DNA from: an uncultured Candidatus Binatia bacterium
Lineage (GTDB): Bacteria > Desulfobacterota > Binatia > Bin18
NCBI GenBank assembly: GCA_965218395.1
Contig: OZ244620.1
Location: forward strand, 1,413,268 to 1,477,267
Reading direction: 5' to 3'
Length of the DNA stretch: 64,000 nucleotides
This document shows, piece by piece, positions 27,316-37,661 of the stretch (positions are counted from its first letter, which is position 1; each line of letters starts with the position of its first letter). The notes below the pieces were generated by a model that ran no database searches, had not been told where the DNA came from, and saw only the letters and a list, made by a program, of their open reading frames with translations. Both the position numbers and the translations under genes were made by a program.

Positions 27316-29154
27316 TTAGCGCTCAGCCCTTGCCTTGCGCAGGGCCTCGGTCAGGAGCGGTACGACTTCGGCATAGTCGCCGACAATACCGAGATCGGCA
27401 GTTTTGAATATGGGTGCTTTGGCTTTGATGTTGATGGCCACAATGGTGCCGGCCTTACGCAAACCGACCATATGCTCGAACGCGCCTCGAATACCAATGG
27501 CAAAATACAGCTTCGGCGCGATCGCCCGACCGGTGATGCCAACCTGATGTTGCCGGGGGAGCCAACCCAGGTCTGAAATATCCCGCGTCGAAGCCAGTGG
27601 CGCTCCGCCTAACACTTCGGCCAGTTGTTCAATCACGGGCAGATTCTCCGGCCCGCCGATGCCTTTCCCAACACCAATAGTGATATCCGCGGCATCCAGG
27701 GCCGCGGCCTTGGCCGCGTCGGCACCCGTTTGTGATACCAGTTGCACTCGGCTATGGACGTCATCATCAAGCGTCAGTCTTTCAACCCGTGCCTGACGGC
27801 CGGCAACCGACTGAGACGGAGATAGCATACCGGGACGGACGGTCGCCATTGCGGGCGTTGTTTTCGACAGAATCGGCGCAACGATGTTGCCGCCAAACGC
27901 GGGCTTGAGTTGCAGCAGGCGCCCCTGATTATCAACTTCCAAATCGACACAGTCGCCGGTGAGGCCCAGGCCCAGCCGCGCCGCAACCCGCGGCGCCAGG
28001 TCGCGGCCGATCGCGGTTGAACCCAACAGCAGTACCTGGGGGGTGTGGGTTTGAATTGCCCGGCTCAACAGCGCGGCATACAGGTCGGTGTCATAGCAGG
28101 TAAGGCGGGCATCATCGGCCCGATAGACCACATCGGCTCCATACTCGGCTAAAGGCGCGATATGGCCGTCGAGCCCGCCGCCGATCAAGACCGCACCCAC
28201 TTCACCCCCGTACTGCGCCGACAGCTCAACGGCTTTGCCTAAAAGCTCAAGGCTGACCGGCCGGAGCGTATCGCCCAGGGTTTCAGCCACCACCCAGACC
28301 GCTTTCCCCGGCTCGGGTGCGGCGCTTCGTGCCTTCTTTTCGCCCGCCGTACCCTCATCCGCCCAGGTTCCAAACAGCCCACGGGCTAAGAGTGTCTGGA
28401 CCAGGCTATCGATCTGTTCAGACAGTTCCCCTTCAAGCACCCGGCTTTCACGGTTGTCTTCAACAGTCTGGACCGACTCCACCCAGGTCGGCGAGCCCGC
28501 GGCCCCAAAGCGCGTCAGGTCGGCTGAAAGGTCGCCTGCCGTCACCGTCTCCACCGGCTTGTCTTGGGCGGCCTGTCGCTCCGCCTTCCTGGGAAAGCGT
28601 TCTGGCGCCAGGTCTTCGGTGGCCGACACCAGGGCCGGCAGAGGACAGTCAAGGGTGTCAAAACCGCTGTCGGTCTCACGTTCGACCCGGAGAGTCTTTC
28701 CGTCGGCGCCGAGCGTTAACGCGGCCACGCCCGTCACCTGAGGAATATCAAGCAGCTCGGCAATCTCCGGTCCGACCTGACCGGTTTCCGCATCGGTGCT
28801 GTGCCGACCACACAGAATGAGATCATAGCCTTCCCGCTGACACGCCAGGGCTAAAGCCCGGGCGGTCGCCAGCGTGTCCGCCCCGGCAAAAGCCCGGTCC
28901 GTCAGATGCACGGCCCGGTCCGCTCCCAGAGCCAGGCAATAGCGCAGCGCCTCCTCTGCCTGGGGTGGGCCCATCGTCAGCGCAACCACCTCGCCGCCGT
29001 GTTCTTCCCGCAGCTCCAGCGCCTTCAACAGTCCACGGACATCAAACGAACTGACCTCGGACGGTACGCCCTCACGTCGGAGGGTTTTCGTTTCCGGGTC
29101 GAGCTGCATGGCCGAAACCACGGGCACCTGCTTCACCAACACAATACTCTTCAT
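27316..29154 (-). CDS. Fused electron transfer flavoprotein beta-alpha subunit (EtfB-EtfA single polypeptide)
   Basis: Start MKSIVLVKQVP (EtfB N-terminus), no stop across the junction. C-terminal half has the EtfA FAD-binding region (ATGFDV-like block, GIRGAFEHMVG...ADLGIVGD). Single 612-aa ORF. Confidence 0.8.
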   Translation of the reverse strand: MKSIVLVKQVPVVSAMQLDPETKTLRREGVPSEVSSFDVRGLLKALELREEHGGEVVALTMGPPQAEEALRYCLALGADRAVHLTDRAFAGADTLATARALALACQREGYDLILCGRHSTDAETGQVGPEIAELLDIPQVTGVAALTLGADGKTLRVERETDSGFDTLDCPLPALVSATEDLAPERFPRKAERQAAQDKPVETVTAGDLSADLTRFGAAGSPTWVESVQTVEDNRESRVLEGELSEQIDSLVQTLLARGLFGTWADEGTAGEKKARSAAPEPGKAVWVVAETLGDTLRPVSLELLGKAVELSAQYGGEVGAVLIGGGLDGHIAPLAEYGADVVYRADDARLTCYDTDLYAALLSRAIQTHTPQVLLLGSTAIGRDLAPRVAARLGLGLTGDCVDLEVDNQGRLLQLKPAFGGNIVAPILSKTTPAMATVRPGMLSPSQSVAGRQARVERLTLDDDVHSRVQLVSQTGADAAKAAALDAADITIGVGKGIGGPENLPVIEQLAEVLGGAPLASTRDISDLGWLPRQHQVGITGRAIAPKLYFAIGIRGAFEHMVGLRKAGTIVAINIKAKAPIFKTADLGIVGDYAEVVPLLTEALRKARAER

Positions 29155-29386
29155 AGACACGCCCACTCCCTGGCTCAAAACGGTGCGCAGCAATCTATCT
29201 TGCCTGTCCGCACAGCGTCAACCAAGCCGGCGTAACGGCGTCCGAATCGTGGCTTCTATATCGATGAGTTTGTCGCCCAGGTAAGAGGGCACGCGCCCCG
29301 TTTCGGGCAGTCGTCATTGAAGGATTGAGGGCGGATTTCGAGAACGGGGTTGAACACTTGCGTCTCAACGCCTATTACCGCTCGGC

Positions 29387-30421
29387 TTAATGTTGAATTG
29401 TTCGGGGATGGATCGGGTGCCGTCCTCGCCTTCCCTCGGCATGGTCAATTCCATATATGATCTTCTGGGCGAGAAAACGAAAATCACTGTAACAATCTCC
29501 GACCGCTTGCATACGCGCACCGAAAGCACCATCCGCTGGTTTCAGCAGGAACATGGGCTTGTTTGCTTCCTGTGCCAGGGGCATGAGCGAGCGATAGTTT
29601 TTCAGCTGCGCTAGTAGATGCTCGTCGCTTTCAAGCGGCGGCGTCGCGGGATCATTCTGCTTCAGAACGGCCCGCCGATATTCCGCTGGTATCCTTTTAA
29701 TCCATCTTTGAAATGCCTGCACCGGACGGTCCAACCGGACGGCGTGGCGCATGACGATATAGCCGAGTGGCTGCATGGCACCGGAGGGCAAATCGATGTC
29801 CAGGTCTTCCGGCTTTTCCTCAATGCGTTTTGCCCACGCCTTTCTCCAATCCCGCAAGGTTGGCCCGACGTTTCCCAAACCGTGCAGCGAGAACAAATCG
29901 GGCGCAAGCGGAATGACTACATAGTCACAGGCTATTAGCGCCGCCCGGTTAATCGCTCCGAGATTCGGCCCGACGTCTATCAGTGCCAAGTCGGCTTTGA
30001 ACGTCTCGTTTGCACCGTCTACTAAACGCGCGAAGGCGGTCGTCACGCGAAAGGCTCTTTCTTCCCTATCCAGACATTTCGACCACCGCTCCGATAGCTC
30101 TCCCTCACGCTTGGAAAGGGCGAGGTTGCCGACCAACAGGCCGATCCGTTCTCCGATTTTTTCGATATGAGGGTGTGCGGCAATGTCTCCTGTTCCCCTG
30201 AAGAGCGGAGCAATATCATCGTCTACGGTCTTCCTGTGCGCCTCCTCCCATAATTGCTCAAGCCTGCCTTCGTTCAGAAACATCCCACTCAGATTAGCCT
30301 GCGGGTCAAAGTCGGCGGCGACGACGCGATAGTCCAGTTCACTGAACATCCAGGCGAGGTGGTAGACCAGGGAAGTCTTTCCCACACCGCCTGTATTATT
30401 GAAAAACGCGACCGTTTTCAT
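29387..30421 (-). CDS. ParA/MinD-like deviant Walker-A ATPase with about 90-aa C-terminal extension
   Basis: NNTGGVGKTSL deviant Walker A, DFDPQANLS, DVGPNLGAINR motifs. 344 aa, longer than partition ParA. 4-bp overlap with the upstream gene. Local GC about 52%. Confidence 0.7.
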   Translation of the reverse strand: MKTVAFFNNTGGVGKTSLVYHLAWMFSELDYRVVAADFDPQANLSGMFLNEGRLEQLWEEAHRKTVDDDIAPLFRGTGDIAAHPHIEKIGERIGLLVGNLALSKREGELSERWSKCLDREERAFRVTTAFARLVDGANETFKADLALIDVGPNLGAINRAALIACDYVVIPLAPDLFSLHGLGNVGPTLRDWRKAWAKRIEEKPEDLDIDLPSGAMQPLGYIVMRHAVRLDRPVQAFQRWIKRIPAEYRRAVLKQNDPATPPLESDEHLLAQLKNYRSLMPLAQEANKPMFLLKPADGAFGARMQAVGDCYSDFRFLAQKIIYGIDHAEGRRGRHPIHPRTIQH

Positions 30422-31608
30422 GGCTTCTTCCGTATTCTCACAAAAACGAGCGTCTCCTGAATATCGAACTCGGGAAGCGGGTTGCCGTTCGCGACCAATG
30501 CCCGTCGCGCTGTGGGGATGCCGATACCGAAACGCTGCATGAATCCCATATTTTTCATTGCCTCGGCAATGGTCGGATTGCGGTAGGCGGTGACATCCGG
30601 CTTCCCGAAGTTCTCTTTTGTTACCACCCCATACACCGAGCCAGGGTTACTGATTTCTATGTTGTCCGCGAACCACGTGACCCGCACGGGGGTAGTCGAA
30701 TTTTCGTAGTTCCTGTGAATGACCGCATTACGGGTGAGTTCGCGTAGCGCCTCAAAGGGATAGTCCGGCTCCTCAACATGCCTCTCCCCTTGGGTATGCA
30801 GGGCGGTTGCTATGTTCAGTTTCAGCAGACGGTCCACTTCGCGCAGTTGATCTGACAGGGGACCGGAGAGCTCAGCCTGGTCAAGAATATCGTCCGTAAC
30901 CTCGTTTCCGGCATGCCGGACAAACTGAATATACGCGCCCGGAAACCAATAGCGTGGGTCTTTCCCCAGCATGAGTATTGCCGTCACCGTCGGCATACCG
31001 TCCCGCGTCGTCAGACGTAACGCCCGCATTTGTTCTTCCAAGCTGCGGTTATTCTCTTCGAGCACCTCCGGCGAGACGGCAGCGGGAAGATATTCATTTT
31101 CAAACCGCCGTCTGTCCAAATCGTCTTCTACGGACGAACCCTGCACGCCTTGGGCATCATAGGGCAGATTGCCCCAGCGTCTTTTCTCGGTCAGGCGGCG
31201 TTCTTCTTCCGCGGTAGCTTGGGCACGTCTTGGCCCGACGCGAATCCAACATCGACCATCGACTTTGACCGGCGGGTTATCCGAAGGCTCTACTTGTATC
31301 ACGGCGACGTCGCAGTCGTTCAGCCTTCGTTTTCCAACCTCCATACTCGGAAACGGAAGTATCTTGCCGTCAGTTTTCAACCCGCCAAGAGTCTGTAACA
31401 ATCCGTCGTCAATCGTTAAGTCAGCACAACTGCCATCGTCCTTTATGCCGATGAAGATTAAGCCGGGCTTCTGGTGAGCGGGCAGGTCGTTGGCAAAGGC
31501 GCATATTGCTTTTCGGAATTTGTCCAGATCATTGGTCGATTCGGTAAACTCCACACAATCGCTTTCGCCGTTATTGAGGACGCGGGTCAGTTCATCAGAA
31601 GTGAACAT
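30418..31608 (-). CDS. AlbA_2 (Schlafen-like divergent-AAA) + HATPase_c_4 domain protein
   Basis: N-terminus L.NGESD.VEF..S......KAICAFAND..GLIFIGI.DDG matches the AlbA_2 domain. C-terminus LRELTRNAVIHRNYENSTTPVRVTWFADNIEISNPG matches the HATPase_c_4 GHKL-like ATPase. Lower GC than flanks. Confidence 0.7.
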   Translation of the reverse strand: MFTSDELTRVLNNGESDCVEFTESTNDLDKFRKAICAFANDLPAHQKPGLIFIGIKDDGSCADLTIDDGLLQTLGGLKTDGKILPFPSMEVGKRRLNDCDVAVIQVEPSDNPPVKVDGRCWIRVGPRRAQATAEEERRLTEKRRWGNLPYDAQGVQGSSVEDDLDRRRFENEYLPAAVSPEVLEENNRSLEEQMRALRLTTRDGMPTVTAILMLGKDPRYWFPGAYIQFVRHAGNEVTDDILDQAELSGPLSDQLREVDRLLKLNIATALHTQGERHVEEPDYPFEALRELTRNAVIHRNYENSTTPVRVTWFADNIEISNPGSVYGVVTKENFGKPDVTAYRNPTIAEAMKNMGFMQRFGIGIPTARRALVANGNPLPEFDIQETLVFVRIRKKP

Positions 31609-31720
31609 ATCTTGACTCTGCTTCTGGCTGCTATGTCGAATGAGTACAAAGACTTACTGTTCATCGCCACGTATGGCGACGCCTTTTGTCTGGCCTTCGG
31701 ACGGCAAGACAAAAGGCGGC

Positions 31721-32170
31721 TCACGCCCCGCGTCCGGGCGTATATTCGTCGGCCGGCAGGCTGTAGTAGGTGATGATCTTGCGCTCCTTAAACCACCAGC
31801 GGCCGGCGTCTTTGATGAATTTATCATCATAGCGACCAAAGACGACCATGGGCTTATCGGTCGACTTGGTGATGGCGTCGGCATCCAGATAGCAGCTTGA
31901 GGTGGCTTGGTTGCCCGATACCTTAATCACGGGCGACTCGATCTTGTGGCGCAGAAAGCGCACGCCGTTCCGCAGCGTCTTGTCGTAATTGGCGTACCAG
32001 CCCTTCACCGCGTCGCGGCCCTCATAGCGCGTATCGCTTTCATAGAGCGGCAGCAGAACTGCGTCGGGGTGAAACAGCTCGGCGATTTCGTCTAGCGTGC
32101 CACGGTCCACCACATGGCAGTAGGTGTGGAGCAACTGCTGAATGGCAATAATATCGTCCGCGTAAGACAT
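31721..32170 (-). CDS. SnoaL-like / NTF2-fold protein
   Basis: 149 aa. IQQLLHTYCHVVDRG...ELFHPDAVL typical of DUF4440/SnoaL-like NTF2 fold. Confidence 0.5.
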   Translation of the reverse strand: MSYADDIIAIQQLLHTYCHVVDRGTLDEIAELFHPDAVLLPLYESDTRYEGRDAVKGWYANYDKTLRNGVRFLRHKIESPVIKVSGNQATSSCYLDADAITKSTDKPMVVFGRYDDKFIKDAGRWWFKERKIITYYSLPADEYTPGRGA

Positions 32171-32192
32171 GCTCGGTCCTCCCGTTGCGGGT

Positions 32193-33086
32193 TTATTGTC
32201 TCCGTCCCCGTATCCGCAGCAATTCGTTAATCGTCAGGTCGATGTCCTCATCCCGCAACAGCGGCGCGGCGACGCGCTTGCGCCGGACGGCATCGAGGCT
32301 GAGGTCCGCCGTGACAAAATCTTCCTCGTAATAGCGTCCCTTGGCAATGCACTGCCCAAAAGGATCAATCACCTCCGAGCCGCCCCAGAACCCTACCCCG
32401 TCCTCAAAGCCGACCCGATTGGCATAGATCACAAACACCCCGAAGGTCTCGGCATAGACGCGGTTCAGCGACTCCCAATAGCGCGCGTTCTCGTCCTGTT
32501 GTCTCTTGTCAGCAATACCGCGGAGTGGACTAGAGGAAGGACAGATGAGCATCAGGGCATGATCGAGGGCCGCAATATACGCCGTGGACGGATGCCACAG
32601 ATCTTCGCACACCAGGGCTGCCGCGCGACCATGCGGGGTGTCAAAGGCGCGCACGCTATCCCCGCGCGCGAAGTAGCGCTGCTCGTCAAACATGCCATAG
32701 GTTGGCAGATAGACCTTGCGGTGAACGTGACGGACGTCACCCCCACTGAGATAGACGGCAGCGTTATAAAAACAAAAGTCCGGGCTCTCTTCGACCAGCC
32801 CGGCCAGACAGGCGACCGATGTGCTCAGCTCCCGCAGTCGGGTGAACTCCGGCGCGTCCTGACGCAGGGCGACCGTCGCCACCATGTCCCGCAGGTGGTA
32901 GCCGGTCAGACTCAACTCGGGAAAGATGAGCAACTCAACGTGCTCGTTCTTGGCGCGGGCAATGGCCTGTTCGTACAGGGCCAGGTTGGCAGTAACATCT
33001 CCGAGGCGCGGGCTGATCTGGGCAATGCCGATTTTGAAGTGCGTGTTCACGGTGGCACGCTGGTTACGCTGGACTGCCTTTTCCAA
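32193..33086 (-). CDS. Carbon-nitrogen hydrolase family protein (nitrilase superfamily)
   Basis: Catalytic-triad context: FPELSLTGY (Glu), RKVYLP (Lys), ALVCEDLW (Cys). Confidence 0.75.
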   Translation of the reverse strand: MEKAVQRNQRATVNTHFKIGIAQISPRLGDVTANLALYEQAIARAKNEHVELLIFPELSLTGYHLRDMVATVALRQDAPEFTRLRELSTSVACLAGLVEESPDFCFYNAAVYLSGGDVRHVHRKVYLPTYGMFDEQRYFARGDSVRAFDTPHGRAAALVCEDLWHPSTAYIAALDHALMLICPSSSPLRGIADKRQQDENARYWESLNRVYAETFGVFVIYANRVGFEDGVGFWGGSEVIDPFGQCIAKGRYYEEDFVTADLSLDAVRRKRVAAPLLRDEDIDLTINELLRIRGRRQ

Positions 33087-33576
33087 ACAGGCGCTTCAGC
33101 CATCTGCCCAAGGTCCCCCGTTTGACCTCTTCATCGGGCAAGGCTTGGATCTCGACCTCCATAGCCCTGAAGAACTGACCGATCAGCATCTTCGCCGCGC
33201 CGTCCACCAGGCGTTGTCCGACACTGGCCAGCAGCCCGCCGATTTGGACATCGCCGCGGTAGGTCAGGATGGTCTGGCCGTTTTGCTCGGCTAAATCAAT
33301 CGTGCCCGAGCCCTTGAGAAAACCCTGCTTGCCCTTGCCATCAAGGTTGAGTTTGTAATGCGAGGGCGGCTGGATCTCCTCCATCCTGACCGTGCCGTTG
33401 TAGACGCCTTTGACCGCGGCCACGCCAACCTTGATCTCCCCGCTGTATTCATTCTCGCCGCTTTCTTGCAGACTCTCACAACCGGGCATGCACCTGGCGA
33501 GTTGGTTCGGGTCGGTCAGGAATCTCCAGACTTTCCGTTGGGGGGCCAGAATCGTTCGTGTTCCGTTGAGTTTCAT
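33064..33576 (-). CDS. SRPBCC-fold CoxG family protein
   Basis: 170 aa. N-terminus MKLNGTRTILAPQRKVWRFLTDPNQLARCMPGCESL typical of CoxG. Confidence 0.6.
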   Translation of the reverse strand: MKLNGTRTILAPQRKVWRFLTDPNQLARCMPGCESLQESGENEYSGEIKVGVAAVKGVYNGTVRMEEIQPPSHYKLNLDGKGKQGFLKGSGTIDLAEQNGQTILTYRGDVQIGGLLASVGQRLVDGAAKMLIGQFFRAMEVEIQALPDEEVKRGTLGRWLKRLFGKGSPA

Positions 33577-33614
33577 AGTTGGTGTCCTGTGCGCGCAGCC
33601 CCACTCCTGACCGA

Positions 33615-34781
33615 TTATGTTCTGAGCGGTCGGAAGAAGGCGCGTATATCATTGACCAGGAGTTCAGGTTCTTCCATCGGTGCGAAATGCCCACCCGAGG
33701 CCATGGGCGTCCAGCGTTGTAAATTGTAATAGCCCTCGGCCCACTTGCGCGGCATGAGAATAACCTCTTCTGAAAAAACGGCAACGCCGGTCGGGGCCTG
33801 GACAACCGGCGTCTGCGCATGCGACGGCTGCCAGGGGTTATGGGTTGCTTCATAATAGTAGCGTGCGGACGTGCCAAAGCTCTGAGTCACCCAGTATAGC
33901 GTCATCGTGGTGCACAGGTCATCCTTGCTGAAACGCTTTTCGACATCTCCGTTGCAGTCACTCCAGGTGCGGCGCTTTTCCAGGATCCAGGCACACAGCC
34001 CGACCGGAGAGTCATTCAGGGCAAAGGCCAAGGTCTGCGGCTTGGTTGTCTGCAAGGCGGAATAGCCGCTCTCGGCAGCAAAAAAGTTCAGGTTCTTTTC
34101 ATGCCAGCCCTCCTCCTCCGGGCCGTACTCGGACGCCTCGGGCATGGCGCCGACAAAAATATCCAGCGGAGCCATGAGGTTGATATGACAGCCGAGCAGG
34201 TGCTCGGCGTATTTATGCCCGAGCTGGGCGGTAATGAGCGCGCCCCAGTCGCCGCCCTGGGCGGCGAATTTTTCATAGCCCAGGACATCCCGCATGAGCC
34301 CGACCCACAGGTCGGCCGTTCGCCAGAAATTGATGCCCGTAGTGGTCAGCGGGGTGGAAAATCCATACCCCGGCAAGGAGGGTACAACGATATCAAACGC
34401 ATCCTTCGGGTCGCCGCCGAACGCGGCCGGGTCGGTCAGCGGCCGAATGACTTTATGAAAATCCCAGAAGGTCCACGGCCAGCCGTGGCTCAGGATCAGC
34501 GGCGTCGGATTCGGGCCTTTTCCCGGCTCGTGGATGAAATGGATCGGCACACCCTCAATTGTCGTCTTATAGTGGGAGAAGGCGTTCATCTCGCGTTCAA
34601 CCGCGCGCCAGTCGTAGTCGGTGCGCCAGTATTCGACCACTTCCTGGAGGTAGGCTTGATTCGTCCCGTACGCCCACTGCTCGTTGGCAAACTCGCCCGG
34701 CCAGCGGGCCTTTGCCAGCCGCTCGCGTAAGTCTGTCAAGACCGCATCCGGGACGGAAACCGTAAACGCTTCTTTGCTCAT
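33615..34781 (-). CDS. Epoxide hydrolase (alpha/beta-hydrolase with EH N-terminal domain)
   Basis: Start MSKEAFTV. EH N-terminal-domain pattern (ARWPGEF...QWAYGTNQAYLQEVVEYWRTDYDWR), HGWPWTF oxyanion motif, nucleophile GGDWGA. Confidence 0.7.
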   Translation of the reverse strand: MSKEAFTVSVPDAVLTDLRERLAKARWPGEFANEQWAYGTNQAYLQEVVEYWRTDYDWRAVEREMNAFSHYKTTIEGVPIHFIHEPGKGPNPTPLILSHGWPWTFWDFHKVIRPLTDPAAFGGDPKDAFDIVVPSLPGYGFSTPLTTTGINFWRTADLWVGLMRDVLGYEKFAAQGGDWGALITAQLGHKYAEHLLGCHINLMAPLDIFVGAMPEASEYGPEEEGWHEKNLNFFAAESGYSALQTTKPQTLAFALNDSPVGLCAWILEKRRTWSDCNGDVEKRFSKDDLCTTMTLYWVTQSFGTSARYYYEATHNPWQPSHAQTPVVQAPTGVAVFSEEVILMPRKWAEGYYNLQRWTPMASGGHFAPMEEPELLVNDIRAFFRPLRT

Positions 34782-34880
34782 GACGCCCTCCTTTTTGGCA
34801 TCCAGTGCGCTTGGCACCCAGCAGGACAGATACTGCCCTTCCCCGCTGCTGGCAAGAGGGGCGTCCCCCTGCTGAAACGC

Positions 34881-36728
34881 TCAGTCCACCTCAACTGCCG
34901 CCGGCACCAGGTCGGGCTGCCGCTCGAACTGAGCGGCAATCCTTGCCAGCTCTTCCCCGGAGATGGTCTCTTTCTCTAACAGGACCTGGGCGGCTTGACG
35001 CAGAATGGGGAGCTTCGCCTTCAGTATCTGTGTGATACGCGCGTGCTGTTCGTCGATAATACGGCGCACCTCAGTATCGATCTCCCGTGCGGTCTCTTCG
35101 CTATAGCCGCCTGGCCCGGGCGCTTGGCCGTTTTGCAGGAACATGGGCGGGCGCTCCTGGTCAAAGCTTTGCTGACCGAGCGTGTCGCTCATCCCGTAGG
35201 ATTTGACCATGCTCCTGGCCGTATCGGTTGCTTTGAGCAGATCGTCCCGGGCCCCGGTCGAGATCTCCTGGTAGATCAGCTCTTCGGCCACCCGCCCGCC
35301 GAGGAGCACGGCAATTTTGTTTTCCAACTCGGATTTGGTCAGCAGAAACCGATCTTCGCTCGGCAGTTGGAGGGTATAGCCCAAGGCCGCCACGCCCCGC
35401 GGAATAATCGAGATCTTTTGGACTGCATCCGACCCCGGTAACGACATGCCCGCCAGCGCATGCCCAATCTCGTGGTGGGCGACGCGCGCTTTTTCCTTTT
35501 GGCCCAAGACCCGGTTCTTCTTTTCCAGTCCGGCAATCACCCGCTCAACCGCCTCCTGGAGTTCGGGCAGGCCGACCGTGTCCTTGCCGCGCCGGACCGC
35601 CAGCAGCGCCGACTCGTTGACGATATTGGCCAGGTCCGCGCCGGCGAAGCCGGGCGTCATGGCGGCAATCACCTCCAGGTCGGTTTCGGCCTCAAGGGGA
35701 ACCGCCCGGGCGTGGACCCGAAGAATAGCCAGCCGGCCGATTTTGTCCGGACGGTCCACGACCACGTTGCGGTCAAAGCGTCCGGCCCGCAGCAGGGCCT
35801 GGTCCAGGATCTCGGGCCGGTTGGTGGCGGCCATCAGAATGACCCCGACCCGCTGATCGAATCCGTCCATTTCCACCAGGAGCTGGTTGAGGGTCTGTTC
35901 CCGCTCGTCGTGCGAGACGGGTCCCATGCCGCGCGCTTTGCCCAGGGCGTCCAGTTCATCCATGAAAATAATGCAGGGCGCCTTTTCTTTGGCCTGGGTA
36001 AACAGGTCGCGGACTCGGGCCGCCCCGACGCCGACAAACATCTCCACAAACTCGGAGCCGCTAATCGAGAAAAACGGCACCTGGGCCTCTCCCGCCACCG
36101 CTTTGGCCAGGAGCGTTTTCCCCGTCCCCGGCGGTCCAACCAGCAAAATGCCTTTCGGGATTTTCCCTCCCAGCCGGCTGAATTTTTCCGGCGTCTTGAG
36201 AAACTCAATGACTTCCTGGAGTTCGGTCTGGGCTTCTTCGACCCCGGCCACATCGGTGAAGCGGACTTTGACATCCTGCTCCATATAGATCTTGGCCTTA
36301 CTCTTGCCGATCGACATAAAGCCGCCACCGAAGCCGCCGCGCTGGGCCATCCGCCGCATCAGAATCAGCCAGACGCCAAAGAATAGCAGGACCGGCAGAA
36401 TCCAGGCCAGCAGGTCGCTGACAAACGTGCTCTCAATCTCCCCGGCAAAGCGGACCTCGCGGGTGGCCAGGTGCTCGGCCAGGTCGGGGGCCACCCGGAC
36501 CGTCACAAACTGGCTGGGCTGTCCTTCGACGGGATCGTTGAGCGTGCCCTGGATATAGTGCTCCGAGATACGGATCTCTGCGACGCGACCATCATTCAAA
36601 TATTCCTGGAACTGGCTGTAGGGAATCTGTTCGATACGGGTCGCCTGCAGCCAGACGCCGTGCAGGATGACGACCCCCCACAGGGCAATGAAAAGATACC
36701 AGATGTTAAACTTTGTCTTTTTATCCAT
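34881..36728 (-). CDS. ftsH: ATP-dependent zinc metalloprotease FtsH
   Basis: Start [15 protein letters not shown] Walker A, DELDA Walker B, SRH region, HEIGHAL zinc site. Confidence 0.9.
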   Translation of the reverse strand: MDKKTKFNIWYLFIALWGVVILHGVWLQATRIEQIPYSQFQEYLNDGRVAEIRISEHYIQGTLNDPVEGQPSQFVTVRVAPDLAEHLATREVRFAGEIESTFVSDLLAWILPVLLFFGVWLILMRRMAQRGGFGGGFMSIGKSKAKIYMEQDVKVRFTDVAGVEEAQTELQEVIEFLKTPEKFSRLGGKIPKGILLVGPPGTGKTLLAKAVAGEAQVPFFSISGSEFVEMFVGVGAARVRDLFTQAKEKAPCIIFMDELDALGKARGMGPVSHDEREQTLNQLLVEMDGFDQRVGVILMAATNRPEILDQALLRAGRFDRNVVVDRPDKIGRLAILRVHARAVPLEAETDLEVIAAMTPGFAGADLANIVNESALLAVRRGKDTVGLPELQEAVERVIAGLEKKNRVLGQKEKARVAHHEIGHALAGMSLPGSDAVQKISIIPRGVAALGYTLQLPSEDRFLLTKSELENKIAVLLGGRVAEELIYQEISTGARDDLLKATDTARSMVKSYGMSDTLGQQSFDQERPPMFLQNGQAPGPGGYSEETAREIDTEVRRIIDEQHARITQILKAKLPILRQAAQVLLEKETISGEELARIAAQFERQPDLVPAAVEVD

Positions 36729-36827
36729 AACCGTTCCATTATAGCGTGCCAGAACCGACTGCCTACTGGCCAAGGTCGTCTTTCCGCCGATTGCACTTTC
36801 ATCTGAGCCGGGCGATATTCAGGACCC

Positions 36828-37661
36828 ATGCCTCACCTCCCCACGAGTCGCTTCATCCGCGTGAACGGCCTTGCCCTGCATTACCTGGAATGGGGAGAGG
36901 CAACCAAGCCCGCGCTCATCCTGCTTCACGGCGGCTCGGCCCATGCCCGTTGGTGGGACCATATTGCCCCGGTGCTGGCGCGGACGCACCGGGTGCTGGC
37001 CCTCGACCTGCGCGGGCATGGAGAGAGTGCCTGGACGCACCCGCCGGCCTACGAGATCGCCGATTACGTCGCGGACCTTGAAGGCCTTGTCACCGCTCTT
37101 GACCTCGATGCTCCCGTTCTTCTGGGTCACTCGCTTGGAGGCTTTGTGGCACTGCATTACGCCACGGCAGCCGCAACGAGCCGTGGCGCATTCGTTATCG
37201 TTGATATCGGTTCCCGGCTGCGCCCGAGTCGAACGATGCGTTTGCTGCGCTGCCTGCCACCGCCGACGTACTCCACTGAGGCCGAGGTCTACACTCGATT
37301 TCGTTTGCTGCCGGCAGAGACGCGGGCAACGCCCGAGCTGTTGAGACATATTGCCCGACACAGTGTGAGAGCTGACCACGCCGGTCGTTTTCACCTCAAA
37401 AGCGACCGGGCGGCCATGACCCGCCAACCGTGTGACCTGGAGCCACAGCTCGCGCGTATTGCTTGCCCCCTCCTGTTCATTCGGGGCCAACACAGCCGGG
37501 CGCTCTCGGCCGAGCGCTTAGCCCACCTGGTCCAGGCCTGTCCGCGGGCCAGCGGGGCGGAAATTCCCCAGGCCGGACACCACGTTTTTCTCGACCAGCC
37601 CGCAGCCTTTCTTGACACCGTGACTACTTTCCTGCACGAGACAAGCAGGGCTCCCGCCTGA
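36828..37661 (+). CDS. Alpha/beta hydrolase fold protein
   Basis: HGGSAHARWW, GHSLGG nucleophile elbow, C-terminal His. Confidence 0.7.
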   Translation: MPHLPTSRFIRVNGLALHYLEWGEATKPALILLHGGSAHARWWDHIAPVLARTHRVLALDLRGHGESAWTHPPAYEIADYVADLEGLVTALDLDAPVLLGHSLGGFVALHYATAAATSRGAFVIVDIGSRLRPSRTMRLLRCLPPPTYSTEAEVYTRFRLLPAETRATPELLRHIARHSVRADHAGRFHLKSDRAAMTRQPCDLEPQLARIACPLLFIRGQHSRALSAERLAHLVQACPRASGAEIPQAGHHVFLDQPAAFLDTVTTFLHETSRAPA

